Of a stretch of 64,000 bases of DNA, positions 18,716-27,459 are shown piece after piece. The translations under genes were made by a program, and so were the position numbers. The DNA is taken from NCBI GenBank assembly GCA_003173895.1, contig PJMG01000002.1, positions 26,974 to 90,973 on the forward strand, in the 5' to 3' direction. The DNA is from Candidatus Levyibacteriota bacterium. Lineage in GTDB: Bacteria; Patescibacteriota; Microgenomatia; Levybacterales; UBA12049. The number at the start of each line of letters is the position of its first letter. Positions within the stretch are counted from its first letter, which is position 1. A model generated the notes under the pieces. The model did no database searches and was not told the origin of the DNA. It worked only from the letters and a program-made list of their open reading frames with translations.

Positions 18716-20341
18716 ATGATAAATATTAATCAAATCACTTTAAACGTACCAAACGGCTTATTTAAAAATACGGTTTCTAATTTTTTTAAAAAATATGCAA
18801 TTGTGTTTCTATCCATTATTTTATCTATTATTTCAATTGGTTCTTTTATACTTTTTTATAAAAATGGATTAGGGCTAGCCTACAATGATGCTAGATCACA
18901 TTTAGATATCGGCCGCCGCGTGGTAGAAGGTCTTAAACCAGGATTAGCTCAATTAGGTTCTGTTTGGCTACCTTTACCTCATATGCTCATGATTCCTACT
19001 ATTTGGAATGATTTTATGTGGCATTCTGGTCTTTCAGGTGCTTTACAATCCATGATTTCATTTGTAGGTACAGGTATTATTATTTACGTTTTCCTTAAAA
19101 AACTTAATGTTAACTTTATTGGAAGAATAATTGGTTTATTAGTTTTCGTGGCCAATTGGAACGTTTTATATCTTCAATCAACTGCTATGACTGAATTATT
19201 ACTTATTGGAACTATGACTGCTGGTGTTTATTATTTACTAATTTGGCAAGATTCAGAGAAAATTTTAGATTTAATTAAAGCCTCATTTTGGATAATGCTT
19301 TCTACTTTAAATCGTTATGATGGTTGGTTTTTATTAGTCATGGCAACTATTTTAGTAGGAATTATTACTTTAAGAAAACGCGGATATAAAGTAACTGAAG
19401 GTGTTATATTATTATTTTTAACATTAGCAGGAATTGGAATTGCATTATGGGTTTTATGGAATCTTCTTATTTTTAAAGATCCTTTATACTTTATCTTAGG
19501 CCCCTATTCTGCACATGCTCAGCAACAACAATTATCCCAAGCTGGTAACTTACCAACTAAGCATAATTTATGGCTTTCAACTTTTATATATTATTATGCA
19601 TTGGCTTTTAATGTAGGTATAGTAACACTTATCATAGGATCTATAGGAACTTTATTATTTTATTTTGATAAAAAAATTAGCTCAAACGTAAAGATTATTT
19701 GTTTAGCATTATTTGCGCCACTTATTTTTAATATTATTGCTTTATACTTTGGTTTTTCAGTTCTTTTTATTCAAGGTATTTCTGGAAATACTTGGTTTAA
19801 TGTTCGTTATGGAGTTATGATGGTCCCAACTATTGCTATTTTTATTGGCTATTTAGTAAGTAAACTTAAAAATTTTAGACCTGTACTTATAGGAGTTATT
19901 CTTATGATACTTTTCTTTTCCATGTCTAGTGCTGATGCTGTAACCGTAGATGATGCTAGAGTAGGTTCAAGCCAAGTAAATGTTAGTGCCGCTGGTAATT
20001 GGTTAAATCAAAATGCTAAAAATAAACCAGGATTTGTACTTATTTCTGCAGCTTCTCATGATGCTATAATTTTCTCATCAGGACTTCCAATGAGTAAATT
20101 TATTCATGAAGGAACTGGAGCTTATTGGTTATCTGCTACTAAAAGCCCAGATAGATGGGCTAGATGGATAGTTATGAGAACAAATGATAATACAGATCAG
20201 ACTTGGAAACTGGTTAGTAAATCTCCTGGTTTTAAACGTTTTAAGCTAGTTGGGCACTTCCCATTTGCAGATATTTATGAACTTAAGCCTCAATATCTAA
20301 ATCAACTGGAAACAAAACCTGTTTTCGGAAAACAAAAGTAA
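18716..20341 (+). CDS. Multi-pass membrane protein, possibly a GT-C-like glycosyltransferase
   Basis: 541 aa with about 11 TM helices. An extracytoplasmic loop after TM1 reads YNDARSHLDIGRRVVEG. Confidence 0.3.
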   Translation: MININQITLNVPNGLFKNTVSNFFKKYAIVFLSIILSIISIGSFILFYKNGLGLAYNDARSHLDIGRRVVEGLKPGLAQLGSVWLPLPHMLMIPTIWNDFMWHSGLSGALQSMISFVGTGIIIYVFLKKLNVNFIGRIIGLLVFVANWNVLYLQSTAMTELLLIGTMTAGVYYLLIWQDSEKILDLIKASFWIMLSTLNRYDGWFLLVMATILVGIITLRKRGYKVTEGVILLFLTLAGIGIALWVLWNLLIFKDPLYFILGPYSAHAQQQQLSQAGNLPTKHNLWLSTFIYYYALAFNVGIVTLIIGSIGTLLFYFDKKISSNVKIICLALFAPLIFNIIALYFGFSVLFIQGISGNTWFNVRYGVMMVPTIAIFIGYLVSKLKNFRPVLIGVILMILFFSMSSADAVTVDDARVGSSQVNVSAAGNWLNQNAKNKPGFVLISAASHDAIIFSSGLPMSKFIHEGTGAYWLSATKSPDRWARWIVMRTNDNTDQTWKLVSKSPGFKRFKLVGHFPFADIYELKPQYLNQLETKPVFGKQK

Positions 20342-20342
20342 G

Positions 20343-21614
20343 ATGAAAAAATATGCCCTTACAATTTCTGCATCTATTCTCTTAATGTTTTTTATTTTTA
20401 CATTAGTTTCACATAGTGTAAAATCTAATGTAACTAATAAAACTTTTTGGCCGATTCAATCAATAGATACTATGAAATATTCTAGAGATGATTCTGCTGA
20501 TTCTTCTATTTATCAAAAAATACCAATAATTGTAAGTGAAGTGGCAAACCTTCATGCGAATTATATTTCGATAGATACTCCTTATGATGATCAATTTTAT
20601 CCTGTCCTTAAAGCATGGGTAGATGAAGCCAGACAAGAACATTTAAAAATCTGGTTTAGAGGAAATTTTTCTGCTTGGGAAGGATGGTTCGGATATCAAA
20701 AGTTTAGTAATCCAAATGAAGATCACGCTTTAGTTCATGACTTTATTATTAAACATCCAGATCTTTTTCAAAATGGAGATATTTTTACTTCTGTCCCTGA
20801 GGCAGAAAATGGTGTAATAGGTGATCCACGCGGTTCTGATGAAAAAACTCAACAGTTTAATCAATTTTTAATAACTTCATATAATAACTGTGTTAGTAGT
20901 TTTGAAATTATTCATAAGCAAGTTTCATGTGGTTACTTTAGTGTAAACGGCGATGTAGCAAAAGAGGTTTTAACACCAGAGACAATTAAGCAAATTGGTA
21001 ATGTAGTAGTTATAGACCACTATGTAGATAGTTCTGCTCAAATGGATGTGGATTTGCATTTTTTAACTAATAAATTCCCTAATGCAGAAATAATTCTGGG
21101 GGAATTTGGTGCACCTATTCCGGATATTAATGGAGACATGAATGAAACTCAGCAAGCAGAATTTTTAAATCAATTACTTAATGTTTTTTATGAAAATAAA
21201 AATGTAATTGGTGGAATTAATTATTGGGTAGGTTCAGGTGGATCAACCGCTCTTTATAGAGATGATAATACTGAGAAACCAGCGGTTAAAATAATGCAAA
21301 AGTATTACGACCCTTCAGTAGTAAGTGGAATCGTAACTAATACTGATGGTACTCCATTATCTAATATCTCTATATACGGTATAAATAATTTGCTCTTAGC
21401 CACTACTGATTCCAATGGTAATTATAGTTTTCCGGCTTTTTCAGATTCTCCTATGGAGTTAAGTATTAGTGATCCACATTATCAAAAAATTGATCAGATT
21501 ATTGTACCTAAAAATAGGCAAATGACATACAATATTATACTCTCTCCTAAGAAAACTAATATTATTTATAAAATACGTCTCTTTATAAATAGTTTATTTA
21601 ATTTGTCAAAATAG
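20343..21614 (+). CDS. Secreted protein with a putative clan GH-A-like hydrolase domain and a C-terminal carboxypeptidase-regulatory-like beta-sandwich
   Basis: An N-terminal signal/anchor is present. IILGEFGAP is a candidate nucleophile motif. The C-terminal segment SGIVTNTDGTPLSNISIYG...TTDSNGNYSF resembles CarboxypepD_reg. Confidence 0.35.
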   Translation: MKKYALTISASILLMFFIFTLVSHSVKSNVTNKTFWPIQSIDTMKYSRDDSADSSIYQKIPIIVSEVANLHANYISIDTPYDDQFYPVLKAWVDEARQEHLKIWFRGNFSAWEGWFGYQKFSNPNEDHALVHDFIIKHPDLFQNGDIFTSVPEAENGVIGDPRGSDEKTQQFNQFLITSYNNCVSSFEIIHKQVSCGYFSVNGDVAKEVLTPETIKQIGNVVVIDHYVDSSAQMDVDLHFLTNKFPNAEIILGEFGAPIPDINGDMNETQQAEFLNQLLNVFYENKNVIGGINYWVGSGGSTALYRDDNTEKPAVKIMQKYYDPSVVSGIVTNTDGTPLSNISIYGINNLLLATTDSNGNYSFPAFSDSPMELSISDPHYQKIDQIIVPKNRQMTYNIILSPKKTNIIYKIRLFINSLFNLSK

Positions 21615-21619
21615 ACTGT

Positions 21620-23152
21620 ATGTTTTTAAAAATTAAAAATAATTTTGGTCTAATTTTATTAATTTTCTTTATTAGTTTTATTTATTTTCTTACATTAAGA
21701 GGAGTTAATGGAAATTTATACCCTAATGGAAAAGGTAATGAAAAAATTATATCAAACACTCCTCCTTTTGAGACATCCCTAGAAAGAGGCAGATATGCTC
21801 AAACTATAGCAATTGCTGAGAATCATACATTCATTCTAGATAAATTTAGAAATTTTATAAAACCTGATTTAGCCTGGTATAATGGTCATTATTTTTCTCC
21901 ATTCCCTCCTGGAGTTTCAGTTTTAGCTACACCCTTTTATTTAATTGGTAAGAAGACGCAGTTAAATCAACTTTTTACTTTTTCTACTTCTGCAATTTTC
22001 TCTATTCTTACGGGCATTATACTTATTTTTATTGGTAAAAAAATTAATTTTTCTAATAGATCTATTGCTCTCATGCTTTTAGTTTATTTAGTAGCATCCA
22101 ACGGTTGGGCATATGGAGTAACTTTTTCTGCTCATCCTATTTCTGCTTTTATTATTTCCACTTTTTTTTTACTAGGTCTTAATATTAAACCTGGTAAGAA
22201 TAATATTTTAAATTTTATTTTACTAGGCTTTCTTTATGGATTAAATTTTTATATTGATTATCCTAACCTTTTTATTTTAATTCCCTTATTAATTTGGGCC
22301 GTGTTTAAAAGCTTTTCTAGTCATAATGAGAAGGAAAATTATGAAATTTCTATACCTTCCAGTTTATTATTTATAATTTTGTCATTTTTGGTTTCTCTTA
22401 TACCCTTTTTTATATTTAATTTTCATTATTATCATAAATGGATTGCTCTCACTAATAGTTATAATCTAAAAGCATTGGAAGAAAGAGGAGTAACTTTTTC
22501 TTATAACCATCTTTCTAATAGCCTATTTAATAAAAAATCATATTCTACCAGATTTGATTTTATGAGTATCCCACGTGGAATTTTTACGCTAATTTTTAGT
22601 AGTGATCGAGGATTATTATTTTTCTTTCCTATTTATATCTTTGGATTTTTAGGATTTATAATGGGGCTCTTTAAGAAAAATAAATTTATAATTCCTCTTT
22701 TTCTCACTTTTTTATTTGATTTGCTTTTATATGGTTCGTTTAATGATCCTTGGGGAGGATGGGCTTTTGGACCTAGATATTTAATCCCAGTTTTACCACT
22801 TTTCGCTATATTTATAGGCTTAGCATTTGAATACTTAGAAAAGAGAACAATTTTTAAAATTATTTTTAGTTTCTTATTTATATTTAGTTCTATAGTTGCT
22901 TTAGCAGGCGCACTTACTACTAATGCTGTACCTCCTATTATAGAAAATATTCCAAATACTCCTACTAATTTCATGCTTAATTTTCAATTTTTAATGAATA
23001 ATATGACGAGCTCTTTTTTCTATAATACATTTCTTAGACATATTTTATCTCCTTTCTCTTATTACTTAGCTCTATTATCAGTGACTATTTTAGTGATTCT
23101 ATTTATAATCTGGCTCCCATTATTACATATTGCAAAAAATACGAAAATGTGA
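21620..23152 (+). CDS. GT-C fold membrane glycosyltransferase (PMT/ArnT-like), paralog B
   Basis: Shares NDPWGGWAFGPRYLIP and N-terminal loop similarity with the ORF at 16908. Confidence 0.5.
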   Translation: MFLKIKNNFGLILLIFFISFIYFLTLRGVNGNLYPNGKGNEKIISNTPPFETSLERGRYAQTIAIAENHTFILDKFRNFIKPDLAWYNGHYFSPFPPGVSVLATPFYLIGKKTQLNQLFTFSTSAIFSILTGIILIFIGKKINFSNRSIALMLLVYLVASNGWAYGVTFSAHPISAFIISTFFLLGLNIKPGKNNILNFILLGFLYGLNFYIDYPNLFILIPLLIWAVFKSFSSHNEKENYEISIPSSLLFIILSFLVSLIPFFIFNFHYYHKWIALTNSYNLKALEERGVTFSYNHLSNSLFNKKSYSTRFDFMSIPRGIFTLIFSSDRGLLFFFPIYIFGFLGFIMGLFKKNKFIIPLFLTFLFDLLLYGSFNDPWGGWAFGPRYLIPVLPLFAIFIGLAFEYLEKRTIFKIIFSFLFIFSSIVALAGALTTNAVPPIIENIPNTPTNFMLNFQFLMNNMTSSFFYNTFLRHILSPFSYYLALLSVTILVILFIIWLPLLHIAKNTKM

Positions 23153-24386
23153 TAATATAGGCTTTACTTTTACAAAAAGTATCCTGCCTTATGATATGAA
23201 AGGCGGGATTTTTTTTAACCAAAAATTAGCTTCTATTTTTAAATTTTTAGCAGTAATTCTAGTTACTTTTGTATTTGGCAGTTTTACGCTTTTTAATCAG
23301 ACTTTTGCTTCTGAGACACCAATTTTTCCATCATGTAATGCTCCTGAAGGTTCAGTAATCGCTCCTCTTACTAATGGTGATCATGGAATAGTAGGAGATT
23401 CTTCCAGTCATACAGGTTCAGACATCGTTTATTCTGTGGATTCTAGTAGAGTTCTACAATGCTTTTGTAATGGATCAAGCGGAATTCAAACTAATTGGTG
23501 GGCCATTTCTGATTATAGTCAAATAGACTCTCTAGAAGCTCAAGGTTGGATTTACGTTCCTACAGGTGAATCCTGGGGACTTTCTAATCAAGCATATCTA
23601 GCACAAAATCTAAGCTACACCTGTGGAGGTAGCAGTAATAATTCAAACAGCTCAAATGACCCAGGCGGTAACGGTGGAAATGGATCAGTTTCAGCACCAG
23701 TCTGCAATGATCCTGTACCTGGAAGCACTCCTACCATTACCAGTATCTCTCAAGGAACAAATAGTCTAACTATTACCTGGACTCCAGCTTCAAATCCTGT
23801 CAGTTACTATTTAGTTGCTTACGGTACACAACCTGGTGACTATACCTTTGGTGACCCAAATGTAGGCAATGTAACCAGTTTTACCATTCAAGGCTTATCA
23901 GGTGGAACTACATATTATGTAGTGGTTAGAGCTGTAAATGGATGTAAACCAGGTGATTTGTCTAATGAAGTAAGTGCTACTCCAGATGGAGGAATTATAA
24001 ATACTCCAGCTTTAGGTTTTAATCCTTTAGTTTTAGGGGCTACATCTTCTGCTAGCTTAGCAAAAGATATTACAGCAGGAATTCAAGCATGTGGTCAATG
24101 TTTATGGTGGCCTATTATTTTAGCTGATATAGCAGCCCTTTTACTTTATTATCTTCTCGTTAGAAAACAACCATTTAAGATAAGCAGATTATTTGTGGGC
24201 GCTGCGATTAGTATAGTTGCATATATAGTTTTCTTAATTTTAAATAAAGGTAAAGTTTGTCCTGATGGAAGTATTTACTTATTCTTCTTAAGTATTCCAT
24301 GTAGATACTTCTGGGCACTGGACGGAGTAGTTTATATATTAATCAGCTGGTTTACCAGAGGTGTTAGTTCTTCAAAAAAATCTTAA
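23130..24386 (+). CDS. Cell-surface protein with a signal peptide, Ser/Asn/Gly-rich linker, fibronectin type III domain and C-terminal TM anchor. The track ORF starts at TTG 23130; ATG 23196 (MKGGIFF...) is the more likely start.
   Basis: Signal-like segment MKGGIFFNQKLASIFKFLAVILVTFVFGSFTLFNQTFA. FN3 block TITSISQGTNSLTITWTPASNPVSYYLVAYGTQPGDYT. Hydrophobic C-terminus. Confidence 0.5.
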   Translation: MQKIRKCDNIGFTFTKSILPYDMKGGIFFNQKLASIFKFLAVILVTFVFGSFTLFNQTFASETPIFPSCNAPEGSVIAPLTNGDHGIVGDSSSHTGSDIVYSVDSSRVLQCFCNGSSGIQTNWWAISDYSQIDSLEAQGWIYVPTGESWGLSNQAYLAQNLSYTCGGSSNNSNSSNDPGGNGGNGSVSAPVCNDPVPGSTPTITSISQGTNSLTITWTPASNPVSYYLVAYGTQPGDYTFGDPNVGNVTSFTIQGLSGGTTYYVVVRAVNGCKPGDLSNEVSATPDGGIINTPALGFNPLVLGATSSASLAKDITAGIQACGQCLWWPIILADIAALLLYYLLVRKQPFKISRLFVGAAISIVAYIVFLILNKGKVCPDGSIYLFFLSIPCRYFWALDGVVYILISWFTRGVSSSKKS

Positions 24387-24417
24387 TTCAATCTAATAAA
24401 TTTGGTATAGTTAACCT

Positions 24418-24984
24418 ATGAACATCATTTTTTTTAATATTCAATGGATGGGATTTAATATTTTTTTAGCACTTTGTGCTTTGGTTTTTGCTAAGCTTAC
24501 TTTTTCTATTAAAAATAAATTTCTTAAAGCTAGTTTTGGAATTCTTTGGATCGCTTTTCTTCCTAATACTATTTATTTATTAACCGATATAATTCATTTT
24601 AAAAGTAGTTTCCTTCAAGCAGATATAATTTCAAAAATTATAGTATCAATACAATATTTAATGCTTGAATTAACTGGTGTTATAACTTTTTTCTACGCTC
24701 TATCACCTTTTGAGCACGCGCTTTATAAGAAATTTAGAACCAAAAAAAATATTCTTAACACCACCATAGTTTTAGTTAATTTTATTATTGCCTTTGGTAT
24801 AGTATTAGGCAGAATACAAAGGATAAATTCTTGGGACTTATTTACTAATTTACAAAGAGTACTAATTATTAGTTTACAAACTTTATTATCTGTAAAATTA
24901 ATGTTTTATACTATTTTGTTTGGAATATTATTAAACTTAATATATTTCAGTTATAAAAAGCTTTTATATAGTAGAAAAAAATAA
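24418..24984 (+). CDS. Small multi-pass membrane protein of unknown function
   Basis: 188 aa with 5-6 hydrophobic helices. No recognisable motif. Confidence 0.3.
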   Translation: MNIIFFNIQWMGFNIFLALCALVFAKLTFSIKNKFLKASFGILWIAFLPNTIYLLTDIIHFKSSFLQADIISKIIVSIQYLMLELTGVITFFYALSPFEHALYKKFRTKKNILNTTIVLVNFIIAFGIVLGRIQRINSWDLFTNLQRVLIISLQTLLSVKLMFYTILFGILLNLIYFSYKKLLYSRKK

Positions 24985-24985
24985 G

Positions 24986-25504
24986 CTATTTAACTTGGTA
25001 TGGATTTGGTTCACCTTCTGAAACAGCAATAGGTTGGATATTACTTTTATTAGAAACAGCTTCAATGATAGTTTGAGCAGTTTTATTATCAATACTTTCC
25101 CAAATATAAGTTTCTGGATCCTGATCTATAATTACGTTACCAACTCCATAGAGTCTTTGGATAAAATTTTGAGTAAAAGATGCATTTCTAATTTTTTGAT
25201 ATGGAATAGTTTCTGTATCTACATTGAAAACTCCTTGTTTTAACAGTATTGCATTATCTTCAATTAAATATTTTAAATTACTATATTCTAAGTAGGCTGT
25301 AAGATACACTATAAGTCCAAATAATGCAAAAAACCCTATGCTAATAGCAAAGGAAATCAAAAGATAATTTGGTACTTTTAGAAAACTGAATGAAATAAAA
25401 GAAACAGCGAATAAGAGTATGGAAAAAAATAAAAGTACTAAAATTCTAGGTAAAAGCCTGTAACTTAATGAAGCACTCCCTACTCCTATAAAATTATTCA
25501 TCAA
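24986..25504 (-). CDS. Membrane protein with a bacterial PH (bPH_2/YdbS-like) domain
   Basis: Two N-terminal TM helices followed by YQKIRNASFTQNFIQRLYGVGNVIID, typical of bPH_2. Confidence 0.45.
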   Translation of the reverse strand: MMNNFIGVGSASLSYRLLPRILVLLFFSILLFAVSFISFSFLKVPNYLLISFAISIGFFALFGLIVYLTAYLEYSNLKYLIEDNAILLKQGVFNVDTETIPYQKIRNASFTQNFIQRLYGVGNVIIDQDPETYIWESIDNKTAQTIIEAVSNKSNIQPIAVSEGEPNPYQVK

Positions 25505-25585
25505 TTAAATCAAAACATAAATTATTGTATTTTTCAATATATCAACAAACCGCTGTATAATTTTGATAAAATTAGAGTAGTATTT

Positions 25586-26758
25586 ATGAAATTAAAAATC
25601 TTTAAATTATTAAATTTTATTTTTATTATAGTATTTTTATTTCTTTACGCTTTACCCTTTATGCTCTACCCTTCAAAGGATTATGCTATTTATAATCCAA
25701 CAACTGTACCGAATAATAAAGTTGGTGCACATATTCTATTTCCTACAGAAATAGATGCTGCTGCTAATTTAGTGAATTCTAATGGTGGAGATTGGGGATA
25801 TGTAACTATACCAATCGCAATTACTGATTTAAATCTTCAGAAATGGCAAACTTTTATGGATAAAGCTAAACAGGATCACATAATTCCTATTTTACGACTG
25901 GCTACTGATGATGATTATTTTTCTACTGTCAATTGGAATAAACCAAAAGATTTAGACATTTTAGAATTTGCTAACTTTTTAGATTCACTTTCATGGCCCA
26001 CTAAAAATAGATATGTAGTCATTTTTAATGAACCAAATCGAAATGATGAATGGGGAGGACAATTAGATTCTGGTGAGTATGCCCAAATTTTAAGTTATGC
26101 TGTCACTGTTTTTAAATCTAAAAACTCTGATTTTTTTATTATTTCTGCTGGAATGGATAATGCTGCTGCTAATTCTTCTACTTCTGAGAATGAATATAAC
26201 TATTTATATGATATGAACCAAGCTGTACCCGGAATTTTTAATCAGATTGATGGATTAGGCAGTCATTCTTATCCAAATCCAGCATTTAGTGGAGCTCCAA
26301 ATGACACTTCTTATGAAAGTATTGATAGTTTTTCACATGAAGAAAATGAAATTAGTCAATTTACTAATAAGAAATTACCGGTTTTTATTACTGAAACTGG
26401 GTGGGATCAAAGTAAATTACCGTCTAGTGTAGTTTCTCAATATTTTCCTTATGCTTTTAAGAATGTTTGGAATGACTCAAATGTCATAGCTGTAACGCCG
26501 TTTTTACTTGAAGCAGGAGCACCTTTTAGTCAATTCTCTATCTTAACTTCTACCGGAGGTACGACAGATATTTCTCAAGCAATTACAGCAATTACTAAAA
26601 CAAAGGGACAACCTCAACTAAACCCAGATGTATTATCTGCCAGCATAGAAAATCCTAAAAGTTTACCTATTATCAAATTTAAAGCTACCAGTGTGGATAA
26701 TTTATCTAAGTATTTATCAGTAACTAAACAAATAGCCAAGTACTTATTGCATATATGA
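25586..26758 (+). CDS. Secreted GH5-like (clan GH-A) glycoside hydrolase
   Basis: An N-terminal anchor is present. VVIFNEPNRNDEW has the NEP acid/base motif. VFITETGWD has the TE(T)G nucleophile motif. Confidence 0.5.
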   Translation: MKLKIFKLLNFIFIIVFLFLYALPFMLYPSKDYAIYNPTTVPNNKVGAHILFPTEIDAAANLVNSNGGDWGYVTIPIAITDLNLQKWQTFMDKAKQDHIIPILRLATDDDYFSTVNWNKPKDLDILEFANFLDSLSWPTKNRYVVIFNEPNRNDEWGGQLDSGEYAQILSYAVTVFKSKNSDFFIISAGMDNAAANSSTSENEYNYLYDMNQAVPGIFNQIDGLGSHSYPNPAFSGAPNDTSYESIDSFSHEENEISQFTNKKLPVFITETGWDQSKLPSSVVSQYFPYAFKNVWNDSNVIAVTPFLLEAGAPFSQFSILTSTGGTTDISQAITAITKTKGQPQLNPDVLSASIENPKSLPIIKFKATSVDNLSKYLSVTKQIAKYLLHI

Positions 26759-27441
26759 TTACTATTATTCACGGAGAAAATATAAAGGAAAGTAGAAATT
26801 ATTTTTGGAATTTAAAACAAAAATCTCAAAATCCTATTTTTTATACTTCAGAAAATATAAATGCTTTAGATTTATTACAAAATTTAGCAAGTACTGGGCT
26901 ATTTGAAGACTCTAAAGATGTTTTTATAGAAAATCTTTTTTCATTAAAAAAACTTTCGGAAAAAGAAAAAATTATTAAAATTGTTTTAGAAAACGAAAAA
27001 AATAATCAAATAGTTATTTGGGAAAATAAAATTTTAACTCCCTCCATTTTAAAATCATTTAAAACTGCAGAAATTAAAAAATTTGATATTCCTCAGAAAA
27101 TATTCGCATTTTTAGATACTATTGGCATTGATAAAAAAAAATCTATTCAACTTTTTCACGAGATTTTAGAGAACGAAGAACCAGAATATATTTTTTTTAT
27201 GATAATTAGACATTTTAGAATTATGCTATCCTTAACTCCATCTCATACAACCACAATTGATGAAGTGAAGCGTTTAGCTCCTTGGCAAAAATCAAAATAT
27301 GAAAAGCAATTAAAAAGTATTGGTTTTGAGAGATTAAAAAATTTTTATTCTGATCTTTTTCTTACAGATTTTAAACAAAAAACTGGACAAAACCCGTTAA
27401 GCTTAATGCAAGCAATTGACATTCTTTTGCTTAAAATTTAA
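26755..27441 (+). CDS. Hypothetical protein, possibly a short DNA polymerase III delta subunit (HolA-like)
   Basis: N-terminal ITIIHGENIKESRNY and LFEDSKDVFIEN resemble the delta N-terminal domain. The similarity is weak. Confidence 0.3.
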   Translation: MITIIHGENIKESRNYFWNLKQKSQNPIFYTSENINALDLLQNLASTGLFEDSKDVFIENLFSLKKLSEKEKIIKIVLENEKNNQIVIWENKILTPSILKSFKTAEIKKFDIPQKIFAFLDTIGIDKKKSIQLFHEILENEEPEYIFFMIIRHFRIMLSLTPSHTTTIDEVKRLAPWQKSKYEKQLKSIGFERLKNFYSDLFLTDFKQKTGQNPLSLMQAIDILLLKI

Positions 27442-27459
27442 AATTAGATCTATCTAATT

